NCBI GenBank assembly: GCA_964016885.1
Contig: OZ024740.1
Span: forward strand, 395,436,001-395,500,000
DNA from: Eledone cirrhosa
Taxonomy: Eukaryota
Direction of reading: 5' to 3'
Length of the DNA: 64,000 bases
Both the position numbers and the translations under genes were made by a program. This document shows positions 1 through 13,102 of this stretch, in pieces; within the stretch, counting starts at the first letter, position 1; each line of letters begins with the position of its first letter. The notes beneath the pieces are model-generated. The model did not search any database and was not told the DNA's origin. It saw only the letters and a list, made by a program, of their open reading frames with translations.

Positions 1-723
1 GTCAGAGTATACGAAGGAGCCATGGAAAAGTATAAGACCCTCATGGAACTGGACATGAAAGGAATTTGCCCACTATACAGGAGCAAATCATGGAATAGCT
101 TAGATAGGGCTAGACATAAGATAGGGAAGGCCACATCATGGTACGACAACCAGAGATATCAGAGTGTCATGTTTGTGGACGCCACCCCTGGAGGGAAATT
201 AGCTAACCAGTGTAGAAAGGCCCTGAGAAAGACCCACTTAAAAATAAAGGTGGTAGAAAAGCCAGGAACCACCATAAAATCCCTGATCAGCAAAACCTAC
301 CCTTTTAAGAAAACCCACTGTACCAATAGGAAATGTATCATATGTAAGGTGAACCCCCGGATAAACTGTAAAACTAGAAACGTAGTCTATAGCATAAGAT
401 GTACAGAGGGTACTTGCAGAAACATGACAACAACATACATAGGTGAGACAGCTCGTAGCATAGGTGAAAGGATAGACCAACACTGGGGGGAACTAAAAGG
501 ACGAAAAAACGGGTCAGTACTATACGAACATGCCAGACAACAACATGACGGTAACATAGACAACATAGAAATTAGAATAATATCTAAACATAGGAATGAC
601 CCAGCAGATAGGCAAATCAGAGAGGCCAGTGAAATAGAAATTAGAAGACCAAAGCTAAACAGAAAGAATGAGTGGAACAACAACAACACCCAAACAAACA
701 ACACTGACCTAAGAGAAGTATAA
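1..723 (+). CDS. Penelope-like retroelement ORF, C-terminal part (RT thumb/linker, Cys-rich linker, GIY-YIG endonuclease); open from the window edge; possibly Naiad-like clade
   Basis: Frame is open from base 1 (VRVYEGAM...). Motifs PLYRSKSW, VMFVDATPGG, VVEKPG, CxxxxCxxC..C, VVYSIRC...YIGETARSIGERIDQH, R.IREA..I...P.LNRK match the PLE GIY-YIG layout. Clade assignment is inference. Confidence 0.88.
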   Translation, partial: VRVYEGAMEKYKTLMELDMKGICPLYRSKSWNSLDRARHKIGKATSWYDNQRYQSVMFVDATPGGKLANQCRKALRKTHLKIKVVEKPGTTIKSLISKTYPFKKTHCTNRKCIICKVNPRINCKTRNVVYSIRCTEGTCRNMTTTYIGETARSIGERIDQHWGELKGRKNGSVLYEHARQQHDGNIDNIEIRIISKHRNDPADRQIREASEIEIRRPKLNRKNEWNNNNTQTNNTDLREV

Positions 724-1238
724 ATAAGTAAATAAAATTAAATAAAATAAGATAAATAAATACATACACAAGCACATAAACACACACTAGTCACCCAGCA
801 GACACAACACTATACACACTAGTCACACATCACACATAACACTATACACACACGCAAACGCATGCGCAAAGAAGACAAAATAAAATAAGATAAACAAACA
901 AGCAAATAAATAAATAAATATATAGACAGACTGAACAAAAAAATGGCGTAGACATACAACACAACAGGAGGTACAATGAATATAACACCACTGACGATGT
1001 TGCAGATGTGCAACGAAAGATTTATGTAAATTATGTAAACTATATATATGTGTTTGCGTCTATATTGTATCTGTATTATTTTTGACCATCGGTCAGTCAA
1101 TGGCAACATTGAGGACCGAGTAAGTTAGACCGCAGATATAAAAGACAGCGAGAAGCGAAAACCAACCAAACAGTGAGTGTGTTCTGTTATTAATTCTGGC
1201 AATATTACGCAAATATGACCCTCCCCAAATATAACAAT
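724..1238 (+). mobile_element. 3' UTR/pseudo-LTR of the PLE, ending at a (TA)n array
   Basis: Directly follows the GIY-YIG stop and abuts the TA array. Contains an HHR-like core CTGACGA-t-gttgca/tgcaac-GAAA at 991-1018 with poorly formed stems I and III. Confidence 0.55.
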
Positions 1239-1273
1239 ATATGTATATATATATATGTATATGTATGTATATG

Positions 1274-1308
<35 letters not shown>

Positions 1309-1333
1309 GTATAAATATATATATATATACATA

Positions 1334-1404
<71 letters not shown>

Positions 1405-1593
1405 ATATATATGTATGTATATATATATGTATGTATATATATATGTCTATATATATATATGTATGTATATATATATGTATGTATATATATATGTATGTAT
1501 ATATATATGTCTATATATATATATGTATATATATATATATGTATGTATATATATATGTATATGTATATATATATATGTATGTATATATATATG

Positions 1594-1630
<37 letters not shown>

Positions 1631-1711
1631 GTATATATATGTATATATATATGTATGTATATATATATGTATGTATATATATGTATATATATATGTATGT
1701 ATATATATATG

Positions 1712-1758
<47 letters not shown>

Positions 1759-1799
1759 GTATATATATATGTATGTATATATATATGTATATATATATG

Positions 1800-1898
<99 letters not shown>

Positions 1899-2211
1899 GT
1901 ATGTATATTTATATATATGTATATATATATATATATGTAATATTTATTATATGTATGTATATATATATATATATATATGTATGTATATTTATATATATGT
2001 ATGTATATATATATATGTATGTATATTTATATATATGTATGTATATATATATATATATGTATATTTATATGTATGTATATATATATATATATGTATATTT
2101 ATATGTATGTATATATATATATATATGTATATTTATATGTATGTATATATATATATATATGTATATTTATATGTATGTATATATATATATATATGTATAT
2201 TTATATGTATG

Positions 2212-2242
<31 letters not shown>

Positions 2243-2285
2243 ATATTTATATATATGTATGTATATATATATATATATATGTATG

Positions 2286-2316
<31 letters not shown>

Positions 2317-2659
2317 ATTTATATGTATGTATATATATATATATATATGTATGTATATTTATATGTATGTATGTATATATATATGTATGTATATTTATAT
2401 GTATGTATGTATATATATATGTATGTATATTTATATGTATGTATATATATATATATATGTATGTATATATATATATATATATGTATGTATATATATATAT
2501 ATATATGTATGTATATATATATATATATATGTATGTATATTTATATATATGTATGTATATATATATGTATGTATATTTATATATATGTATGTATATATAT
2601 ATATATGTATGTATGTATATATATATATGTATGTATGTATATATATATATATATGTATG

Positions 2660-2692
<33 letters not shown>

Positions 2693-2761
2693 ATATATAT
2701 ATATATATATATTTATGTATATATATATATATGTATGTATATATATATATATATATGTATG

Positions 2762-2794
<33 letters not shown>

Positions 2795-2807
2795 ATATAT
2801 ATGTATT

Positions 2808-2838
<31 letters not shown>

Positions 2839-2995
2839 ATATATATGTATTTATATATATATATATGTATGTATGTATATATATATGTATTTATATATAT
2901 ATATATGTATGTATGTATATATATATATGTATGTATATATATATATGTATGTATATATATATATGTATGTATATATATATATATATGTATGTATG

Positions 2996-3029
<34 letters not shown>

Positions 3030-3083
3030 TGTATGTATATATATATATGTATGTATGTATATATATATATGTATGTATGTATG

Positions 3084-3116
<33 letters not shown>

Positions 3117-3189
3117 ATATATATATATATGTATGTATATATATAGCCGTCGAAACGGCTTGAGCTCAGCCGTCGGGGTCTTACTTGTT

Positions 3190-3242
<53 letters not shown>

Positions 3243-3495
3243 GTATGTATATATATATATATGTATGTATATATATATATATATATGTATGTATATATAT
3301 ATATGTATGTATATATATATATATATGTATGTATATATATATATATATATGTATGTATATATATATATGTATGTATGTATATATATATATATGTATGTAT
3401 ATATATATATATGTATGTATATATATATATAAGTATGTATATATATATATATGTATGTATATATATATATATATGTATGTATATATATATATATA
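1239..3495. repeat. Compound (TA)n/(TATG)n microsatellite array, ~2.25 kb, with a ~47-bp non-repeat island at about 3145-3192
   Basis: Direct reading. Source of the spurious Y/I-rich ORFs. Confidence 0.97.
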
Positions 3496-3978
3496 AGGAT
3501 TAGAATACTGGAGCGTGTTTGAGTCAAACACCCTCTTCGTATTATAGAAATGACTGTAAAAGGTATAGCTCAATGCAGTTAAACAGAGCCGAAAAATTAA
3601 GAGGGTAAAACAAAGAATCCTTTAATACATCAAAAGTTTTTATTAGCCGACAATGTTTCGTCCTATTAAGGACTCATCAGGGCAATCAAAACAACAAGAG
3701 GTAATTTCGGCAGATACAAGCCAGAAACTCTGAAGAATATGGAGTTTACATACACTAATGTCTTACAAGGATATACGATAATAAAAATGAAGATAAAAAT
3801 AATAAAATTATAATAACTAAGGATGTAGATAACATTAAGAACCATATTACAAATATAGTCCAAAGTCACCAACTTAAATCTAAACAAATTTGGTTATATA
3901 GAGCAGGAATTATATATAACACAGTATAATACATTATAATAATAATATATCTATACCAACGCTGAAATTCCAAATCAA
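3496..3978 (-). mobile_element. Solo PLE pseudo-LTR/3' fragment inserted in (TA)n, carrying an HHR
   Basis: Unique island flanked by TA arrays on both sides; contains a minimal HHR on the minus strand. Confidence 0.6.
3642..3686 (-). ncRNA. Minimal type I hammerhead ribozyme
   Basis: Minus strand reads gcc CTGATGA gtcc-ttaata-ggac GAAA cattg TC ggc: canonical core, stem I gcc/ggc, stem II gtcc/ggac, GUC cleavage triplet. Confidence 0.85.
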
Positions 3979-4728
<750 letters not shown>

Positions 4729-4729
4729 A

Positions 4730-5292
4730 ACCTGTCTCATGGTCGGGTCGTTGGCGACTAAACTGGCAACCCCACCAAGGTTTCTTGGTGAGGAGGGTGA
4801 CTTTGGACATCCTGCAGGACTAAAAACAAAACCTGTCAAAGGGCAAAGGAGCTCTTAAGAGTCAATGGCCATCCAAAATCACTGGGAGAGATGACCCCTT
4901 AGCCTTTGTCAAGGCAGAATTCTAGGAGAAGGAAAACTCTGATATAACACCTGCAACCCTGATGGTATCCAATGATGTTGACTTGTTCTTCTTTTTGGTA
5001 AATATCATCTTGGTTAAGAGAGTGGGACTGGCTTTGTGCAGTGCCTTTGCTCACTATAAAAGCTTCACGGCACAGGCATTGCTTTATATCTGGAGATCTC
5101 TCTGCACTTGCCGTCACATGGTACCATGGGCCCAGCACTATGTGTCAATAATTGTCACAAGTGTAGTGTTTGTACCAGAGTTTTCAAGTCGCTGGCTGGA
5201 CTAAAAAGTCACACTCGTTCAGCGCATCGGTAGGGGTTCTCCTACATGGATATAAAGTAGTGGCCGTACTCGAAAACGAGTTGGCAGCCACC

Positions 5293-5293
<1 letters not shown>
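4730..5293 (+). mobile_element. Bipartite non-autonomous RTE derivative (5' UTR-like part joined to 3' end), ~560 bp
   Basis: Near-identical inverted copy at 56506-57062. Contains the RTE 5'-UTR-like motif CTAGGAGAAGGAAAACTCTG and encodes an RTE-type C-terminal zinc finger remnant ([26 protein letters not shown]). Flanked by (TA)n. Confidence 0.65.
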
Positions 5294-5346
<53 letters not shown>

Positions 5347-5413
5347 GTATGTATATATATATATATGTATGTATATATATATATATGTATGTATATATCT
5401 TTATGTATGTATG

Positions 5414-5467
<54 letters not shown>

Positions 5468-5885
5468 AATGTATATATATATATATGTGTGTATTAAGGA
5501 TACTATTTATGGTTATGTATATACTAAAACCTTCTATTGTTATATATATATTCTACCCCTAAATAGTGAAAGACAGTAATTTATTACTATTAAAGGAGGT
5601 CAAGTATGTTAAAAATCACTCCAAACCTCGGTTTGGAAAAAACAATGGTAAGCAGATAAATGATTTAAACAGAACTTTGTTTCATGTAATCTCTATATAT
5701 GTATGTATATATATATATATTATGTATATTTTTTATATTATATTAATATATAGGTTATAGTATATTAATATATAATTAGTATATGATTAATAATTAATTT
5801 ATATATATTATTTTATATTATTTAAGTTAAAATTATTATGAAATGGGATATATTATATTATATTATATCAAAGATATATATATAT

Positions 5886-6603
5886 ATCAAAGATATGAAG
5901 AGGAGTAAGGCCGCTGGGCCTTCGGAAATAGTTGCTGAGATGCTGAAAGCCTCTGGAACGGTGGGACACACCATGGTCACCCGGATAGTAAACCAAGTCA
6001 TACAGAATGGGGTTGTTCCCAAGGACTGGCGTAGCAGCATCATCGTTAACTGTTACAAGGGTAAAGGAGACGCCCTAGATAGGAGTAACTATAGAGGCAT
6101 TAAATTAATCGACCAGGTCATGAAGGTCACGGAAAAAGTAATAGCGCAACTAATCAGAGAGAGAATTGATCTAGATGAAATGCAGTTCGGGTTTGTGTCA
6201 GGCAAAAGTACCACAGACGCTCTTTTCATTGTACGACAACTACAGGAGAAGTACCTAGCTAAAACTAAACCCCTATACTTAGCTTTTGTCGACCTCGAGA
6301 AAGCCTTCGACAGAGTCCCCCGTTCCATTATCTGGTGGGCTCTTAGAAAGCTAGGTGTTGACGAATGGCTTGTGAGAGCTATACAAGCTATGTATAAAGA
6401 AACAGTCAGCAAGGTTAAAATTAACAAACAAATGTAGCGAAGAGTTTAGCGTAAAAGTTGGTGTCCATCAGGGCTCTGTCCTTAGCCCCATCCTATTTAT
6501 TATTGCCCTTCAGGCTATAACAGAGGAGTTCAAGACCGGCTGCCCATGGGAACTCCTATACGCAGATGATCTAACACTCATAGCTGAATCAATGGCCGAG
6601 CTA
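5886..6603 (+). pseudogene. RTE LINE (subfamily A) reverse transcriptase fragment, frameshifted near 6430
   Basis: IKDMK..KAAGP, YKGKGD, NYRGIKL, QFGF, FVDLEKAFDRVP, then GVHQGSVLSP and LLYADD in a shifted frame. Close match to the 49497-52736 ORF. Confidence 0.9.
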
Positions 6604-6613
6604 GTGAAGATTA

Positions 6614-7323
6614 GTTGTCTTGCTCGTATAGGACTGTCTGGTGGGTTTTCTACAGCTGGATGCCCTTCCTAACACCAACCCCGTTTACAGTGTGGACTGG
6701 GAGGTTTTTACAGTGTTACCTACAAGGCCACATTACAGCGTGGACTGTGTGTTTTTTTGTCGTGACACCTACACAACCTCATTTATTTTGGACTGGATGT
6801 TGTGGTACCAACATAACTTTACATCGAAAGGGGGTGGTGTGGATGGGGTGGGGGTGGGTGTAGTGGGACCGGGGTGTTTTTTGTTAGAGGTGCCTACTGA
6901 CTGTAGATTTCGCTTTGTACTTAGGCAAGGCGGGTCTTCTGTATTACTGTGTAGCACCAAAGATCTCGGTCCAGTGACATTGTCTTGGAGAGGTGTAAGT
7001 GTGTGAGGTCGGAATTTATCAAGTCGTCCCAGGTTTTTCTGGGTCTGCCTACTCCGTGGCTACCGTCTATTTTGATCACTCTGCACTTTTTTATACAGCT
7101 GTCGTCTTTCATGTGCATCACGTGACCGTACCAACGTAGTCTTCTCTCGAGTAAACAACATCTGATCCCTCTTATTCCTAATTTCTCACTTAGTTCATTT
7201 ATGCTTTTCCGTTCACGTATATTACTATTACACATCCAACGGAGCATGCAAGCTTCATTCCTCTCCAGTCTGCGTAGATCCTCTGCACACAATGCCCATG
7301 TCTCACTGCCATGTAACATTGCA
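6614..7323 (-). mobile_element. RTE subfamily A 3' fragment (ORF C-terminus and most of 3' UTR, no tail)
   Basis: AMLHGSETW...RRLRWYGHV...GRPRKTW followed by the same 3' UTR modules as 49100-49496. Confidence 0.88.
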
Positions 7324-8214
7324 GGCATCATACATTGCATGCTCTGAGTTCAAATCCTGCCAGGGTCAACTTTGCCTTTCATCCTTTCGAAGTCAATAAA
7401 AAAAGTACCAGCCAGTACTGGCGTTGATTCTTCTTCTATAGAAAAAATCGGCTGTGTTCAGACCTGGAGAGGGTTGGGCTCCGCCAGGTTTAAAAATGCC
7501 CTAAACATGCTGTATGACAGTGCCTCTGTAACTCTACAAGGATTTATGGGATTTTTATTCTTTATTATATGTATATACAACATACATTTAAAATCGAATA
7601 AGTAAAACAACATAAATATTAGATTTGAGTAAAAGAATATAAAATAGCCAAACTCGATATCTTCAATTCAGCATTCATGCCAACCCTACCTTTGTCATGA
7701 ATCTTGGGTAATGTCCAAATATGATCACAAATACAAGCAGCCAGAATGAGGTTCCTTCGAAAGGTCTTTGGAGTAATGTTATTCGATAGAGCTCGATTTT
7801 TGCTCTGCAATTTTTCTTATAACCAGTTTTTCTCTCAAACCTTCTGTGCTTCATTATTCATGCACCTTGATTTATTTAGCTTATACAGATCCTCTATATT
7901 CAATGCCCATGCCTTGCTACCATGCAACATTTCACTATATACGCAAGTGTCATATAGTCTACTTTTCAATCCCTTAGGTAATTGCTCACTGAATTTTGTT
8001 ACCCTGTTCTTGTTCTGGTTACCATTCTTTTAGTGCACCCTCTTCCACTGCTAATTAGGTCATATTGGTAACAGAAGCTATCAACTACTCTAGAACTTTT
8101 TGAGCATCAGAAAGATTTTATTTTACTGGTGTTCTGGCAGGTGACTACTTCTGTGCAAGTCTACTTTCACATCTTGTGTACCCATGGTTATATATAATAT
8201 ATTTCTACATGATA

Positions 8215-8578
8215 TAATAAAATGTACCCAGTACATGCTGTTAAGTGATAGTTTGTGCTATAATAAAATGCACCCAATACACTCTGTAAATGGTAATGCT
8301 CATGCCACAGTAGACACGTAAAGTGGTAGTACTGGTACTTACTGTGTTAAAATGCACCCAGTACACTCTGTAAGTGGTAATGTTAGTGCCATGATGAAAT
8401 GCACCTACTATACTCTATAAAGTGATTGACATTAAGAAGTGCATCTACCTATAGAAACCACGCTGAAGATTGGGTGTATGAGCAAGACGTGGTCTCTTGA
8501 CATGTCCAGTATCAGACTGTGCCAAACCATCCAACCCACACTGGCATGGAAAACAGACATAAAAGGAGAATGATGATA
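8215..8578 (+). repeat. Degenerate minisatellite (aaatgcacccagtacactctgtaa...) grading into an old RTE 3'-UTR/tail fragment
   Basis: About 4 imperfect units, then aagaagtgcatctacctatagaaacc...cccacactggcatggaaaacagac...gatgat, resembling the RTE 3' terminus. Confidence 0.5.
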
Positions 8579-9002
8579 TGTATCTATATGTCTGTGTATG
8601 TTTAGGTGTACAAATAGGACAAAGAATATTCATTCCATGTGCAATAAACTAATGATTTTGAACTTATAAACAAATGACGCCTTTGCATGTTGACATAAAA
8701 GGAACTGAACCATTAAATAACTGACTGTGTATAAATATACTAATAGTGAAAGACATCCATTTATTTAGCATATCAACTTAGATTGATGTTGTTCTCTACT
8801 AGCTATGGTGAAACTGGGTTGCTAAGGCAACTAACAAATACTGGAGAGGTTCCATGCATTGATGGATTAATACAAATTAGCCAAACAATGTGGATATGTG
8901 TGTGCATATTAAATGTATATACATATAAATGTACATACATATATGTCTCTATATATCTTTTATCAATATATGTATATATAAGCATGTGTGCCACCACCAT
9001 CA

Positions 9003-9320
9003 TTACTGTTTAGCGTCTATTTTTCCATGTTAGCATGGGTTAGACACATTGTCCTGTTGTGAGAGATGCCAGGTCAGGTGACCATGTCTTGCTCATACAG
9101 AACTAATTTTGGTTTGGTTTCTACAGCCCTTCCTAACACCAACCACATTTACAGTGAGTACTGGGTGCTTTTTATCATGACACCTATATGGCCACTTTAC
9201 AGTGTGGGCTGGGTGCTTTTGTCATGACACCCACACAACCACTTTACAGTGTGGGCTGGGTGCTTTCTGTCCTGACACCTACAAACCACTTTACAATGTG
9301 GGCTGGATGCTTTTTGTTGT
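9003..9320 (-). mobile_element. RTE 3'-UTR-only fragment (SINE-like)
   Basis: Shares ccatgttagcatgggttagac, cccttcctaacaccaacc and ccactttacagtgtgggctgggtgcttt modules with the RTE 3' UTRs. Confidence 0.7.
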
Positions 9321-9988
9321 TGCCATCAGTATTTGTTCTGACTCTTTATATTCTGCATTCAAATCCCACTGAGGCCAACTTTGCCTTTTATCCTTTTAAG
9401 GTTGATAAAATATTACCTCTTAAGTACTGGTACTTTAATTAACATTTCCTTCTCCCAAATTAGCTGGCCTTGTGCTTAAATTAGAAATTGAAATTATATG
9501 ACAATGTATTATATTTCTTATGCTAATTAATAAGAAGGTTCATTTAGATTCTACTCATAAAAGTATCCATTTTCAATGTAAATGTTTAGAGGTGCTAATT
9601 TGATCCAAATTTTAGTATATCAATGTAAAATTGGAATATAAAATTGATATACTACATAGTAAACTTATAGATTTTAAATTATTTGAACAGTCATAAACAG
9701 TCATCCTTTTTTATTATATAAAATCTCACCGTGGACAGAAAAACGAGATCAGCAAAACTAGTTTCAATCATTACTGTAATCTTTTCAGCAACCAACTATT
9801 CTTCTTAAACTGTTATTGATAACATTGCATTTTCAAGTTGTTTTATAAAATCAATTTACATCAGCTTAAATCTATAGATTTATTCTGTAGCAAATTATAG
9901 TGTCAAAAACCAAACACTATGTCAGTAATTTATTAATCAAACATAGAATTGAACTGATGGGAATCATGACTGCTGTTTATTTATTTAA

Positions 9989-10208
9989 CCCTTTAGCATT
10001 TAAACCAGCCATATCTGACCAGAATTCTTTCACCTCTTTCTGTTCAAATCAGCTATAACTGGCCACTCATACCAACGTTAGGGTATTGTTCTCAAAATAA
10101 ATGATATTAAAATCTCATAGATTCGATATTATGTGAGATAAATATATGAGGTAAAGCCTTTACTGTTAAAATATATAGTAAATATAAAGTAATGTAAATA
10201 CTAAAGGG
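9989..10208. mobile_element. piggyBac-like MITE, copy 1
   Basis: TTAA-CCCTTTAGCATTT ... AAATACTAAAGGG-TTAA: terminal inverted repeats with CCC/GGG ends and TTAA target duplication. Confidence 0.8.
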
Positions 10209-12543
10209 TTAAGTGGGCATGACTACCAAAACAAATTAATGATTAAAAGGTTATGATTTTAATAAAATCTATATTATAAATTATAGAATGTCCAGAAATA
10301 AAAATAAAAATTAAATAACAGAAGCATAAATGTCAGATTCTCTCCCCTGTAGGTTCTATTTAAAAGATACCTGTATAGATTAAACTATATGCAAAATAAC
10401 AACAAACTGTGATTTGTTGAATTGTCATTTATTGGATTACAAACATTGTCAAACGTAAGAAAGAGCTATCTACAGTCCAGGTACTGTTCCTCACCTCACT
10501 GGAAGTTTGTTTTCTCCTTACCAGTTTAATAATAAATCCGCAGTAAAGGAATACCATCAACAGTTCGTTTTTTGGGGGTTTTTTTACAAGCTTGTAGGCA
10601 ATGTTCTACACCTGAATGCATGGAGGAATTGTCCTAATTACTATCTGAGTTATTAATTGATAAACCTTTCAACCACAAACTTTCCAAAGATGCAAGAAGA
10701 AAGGCTCAACTTTCAAAAAAATTGTTCTGCAGGATCATCAATAAAGTTAGAAAACAGATGACAGATACAAACAAAGTCACTTGTTCCCATCAAAAGGCAA
10801 TATACTGATTTAGTACAAACTCTGACAGCCACACAGCAATCTTTTTTAAATGTAGCACAGAAAACAGAGCAGCAGTTGACTTGATTGCAATAAATATAGA
10901 ATCAAAGTTATGCATACAAACACATACTAACAAGGTCACTAGAAATAATAAATCTAAGTTGGCCACTGCAGATACTTGTGGCAAACTCTATGGTTAGAGA
11001 AAGAATTCTAGATATAAAAAAAAACAGGCTGGTAGGATTAAAATATATTTCATTATAGGACTCCCCAATCAGGGCTGAACTTGAGCTAAACAACAACATT
11101 CTGATCTTTTTCTCACTTCACCTTTCTTTGTGCTTGATGAAATTTCAGAGGGGTACAATTTCAAGAGGAATGTATGGACAGAATGTTTAGTGTTAGACTC
11201 AGCAAACTAATCCTCAAGAGTTTAATATATTGGCCCTGAACATGGTACATATGAACCCTCATTCTTTTGGTCAGTAGTTCAACAAACTTCTCTCTTCCAC
11301 TCTCTCTCTCTCTCTCTCTCTCACTCCTTCCCTCTCTCTCTCTCACTCCTTCCCTCTCTCTTCCACTCTCTCCCTCTCACTCCTTCCCTCTCAGAACAAA
11401 TGTAGTTAATAGTTATAGAAGACTTCACTGTAAAGTATTTCCTCCGAAATTTCATGCAAAAATCCAAATTTATTAAAACCCATCTACACAATACTAGCCA
11501 GAAGAAATACATGTAAAATAATGTTTAGAAATTAAAAGAAATAAATGTTTTAGAGAAAAAAAAATAGACAGCAATATTACTTTGGCATTGTTCCTACTTC
11601 CTACATGAACAACAATAGCAACAAAAGTAACATGGCAATGATCCAGCCATCACATAGTACCAGTAGATATATCTATTGTGAAAGAAATATTTCAATTCCA
11701 ACGAACTAATATTGAAATGTGGAAATATTGCAGTAGTGGTCTATCTGTGGCCTTGAGGCTAAAACACACATTTACTTCAAATATGATAATCATCAACATC
11801 ATTTAACTGCAGTAGCAAATGTAATGTTCACAATCCTCTTCTACAAATTGCAGCTTTAATAATCAGTTATGATACCTTCATCAGATGATGGTTATCAGTA
11901 GGATTTGAATTCCTAATCAGAATATAAACTCAGAATGCAAAGTGCCAAAAGAGATACCTCAAAGTATCTCATCTGATGCCCTATCAATTTTGTCAATCCA
12001 CTGTCATGGGCTGGTACCTTATTTTATCAACCCTAAAAAGCTGAAGGGTAAAGCAGATCCCAGTAAGATTTGAACCCAGGGCATAGAATTCCAGAACATG
12101 TACCACAAGATATTCTGTCCACTGCTAATTTTCTGTCTATGACAATACTAGATCTATTCAAAATATTACACTATACCCCCCAAAAATTCCATTCAAATGA
12201 CTACTCTAAACTTTAATTCAATATGTTTAATGCAGTTGAGAGCACTACACTGAACAGCATCAAATTACTCTATATTATATTTTACATTTATGTATGCTGC
12301 GCATGGACACAGACAAGTCTCTATGTGGCTATTTGACATGCTAGATATTGTAGCCAAGTCCCCCTCAGATTACATCCTACAGTCTTAATATCTCAATAAA
12401 GGAAGTTGGAATGCTTTTGATCATAGTCTTTGCATTCAGGGATGATCAAGGGTTATACAAGAAACATAACACACATCTCTTCCCCACTTCTCTCTCTCTG
12501 TCTCTCTCTATCTCTCCATGCAAACACACACACACACACACAT

Positions 12544-12751
12544 ATAATGTTGAACAATGAAACAAGTCAGGGTTTAGTAATTAATTAATCCATTGTATTA
12601 CAATCATTTCAGAGGTGGGTGTGGGGGACAAAAATCGATTGATCAATGCATCAATAACATTTTTGTTTTCTTTTTCACTCTGAAACGATCATAAAACAAT
12701 GGATTAATTAATTACCAAACCTTGTCTCATTTGTTTTATTGTTCAGTGTTA
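12544..12751. repeat. Imperfect ~70-bp inverted repeat (MITE or old fold-back PLE relic)
   Basis: ataatgttgaacaatgaaac...taattaattaatccattgt...atttcagag versus ctctgaaacg...acaatggattaattaatta...gttttattgttcagtgttat. Confidence 0.55.
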
Positions 12752-12894
12752 TATACATATCTCACTGTAGTTTTTGAATACTCAACAACATGTAACAAGA
12801 TTTAACGTTTCCACAAAAACAAATTTCACTTTGCTTTGATGGGATATTTACATTAACACATAGAATTCTAATAGTGTTTTAAGCCCTACCTTAA

Positions 12895-13102
12895 CTCTTT
12901 AGCATTTAAACTGGCCATATCTGACCAGAATTCTCTCACCTCTTTCTGTTCAAACCAGTTGTAACTGGTCACTCATACTGATGTTAAGGTATTGTTCTCA
13001 AAATAGATAATATCACGATCTCATTGATTCGATATTATGTGAGGTAAAGCCGTTACTGTGAAAATACAATAGTATATATAGAGTAATGTAAATGCTAAAG
13101 GG
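12895..13102. mobile_element. piggyBac-like MITE, copy 2
   Basis: TTAA-CTCTTTAGCATTT...AAATGCTAAAGGG-TTAA. Internal sequence aligns with copy 1. Confidence 0.8.

Noticed and set aside
985-1030. HHR core CTGACGA-stem II-GAAA in the first PLE 3' UTR
   Set aside because: Stem II is good, but no convincing stem III/UH/stem I pairing could be found. Kept only as a weak candidate and not listed as an ncRNA feature.
1-1238. Possible selenoprotein-type PLE (in-frame UGA plus SECIS, as known for some Naiad elements)
   Set aside because: The visible ORF has no in-frame TGA and ends in TAA; no convincing SECIS seen.
8215-8430. CRISPR-like repeat/spacer pattern
   Set aside because: Degenerate eukaryotic minisatellite related to RTE 3'-UTR modules; no constant repeat length and no cas genes.
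9745-9795. Degenerate HHR-like motif on the minus strand (CTGAAAA...GAAA ctag TT)
   Set aside because: C3-A8 mismatch, weak stems and no stem I. At best a decayed relic.
10330-10530. Splice-like signals (ttctctcccctgtag; minus-strand gtaagg)
   Set aside because: No open, compositionally exon-like sequence between the signals; cannot be supported.
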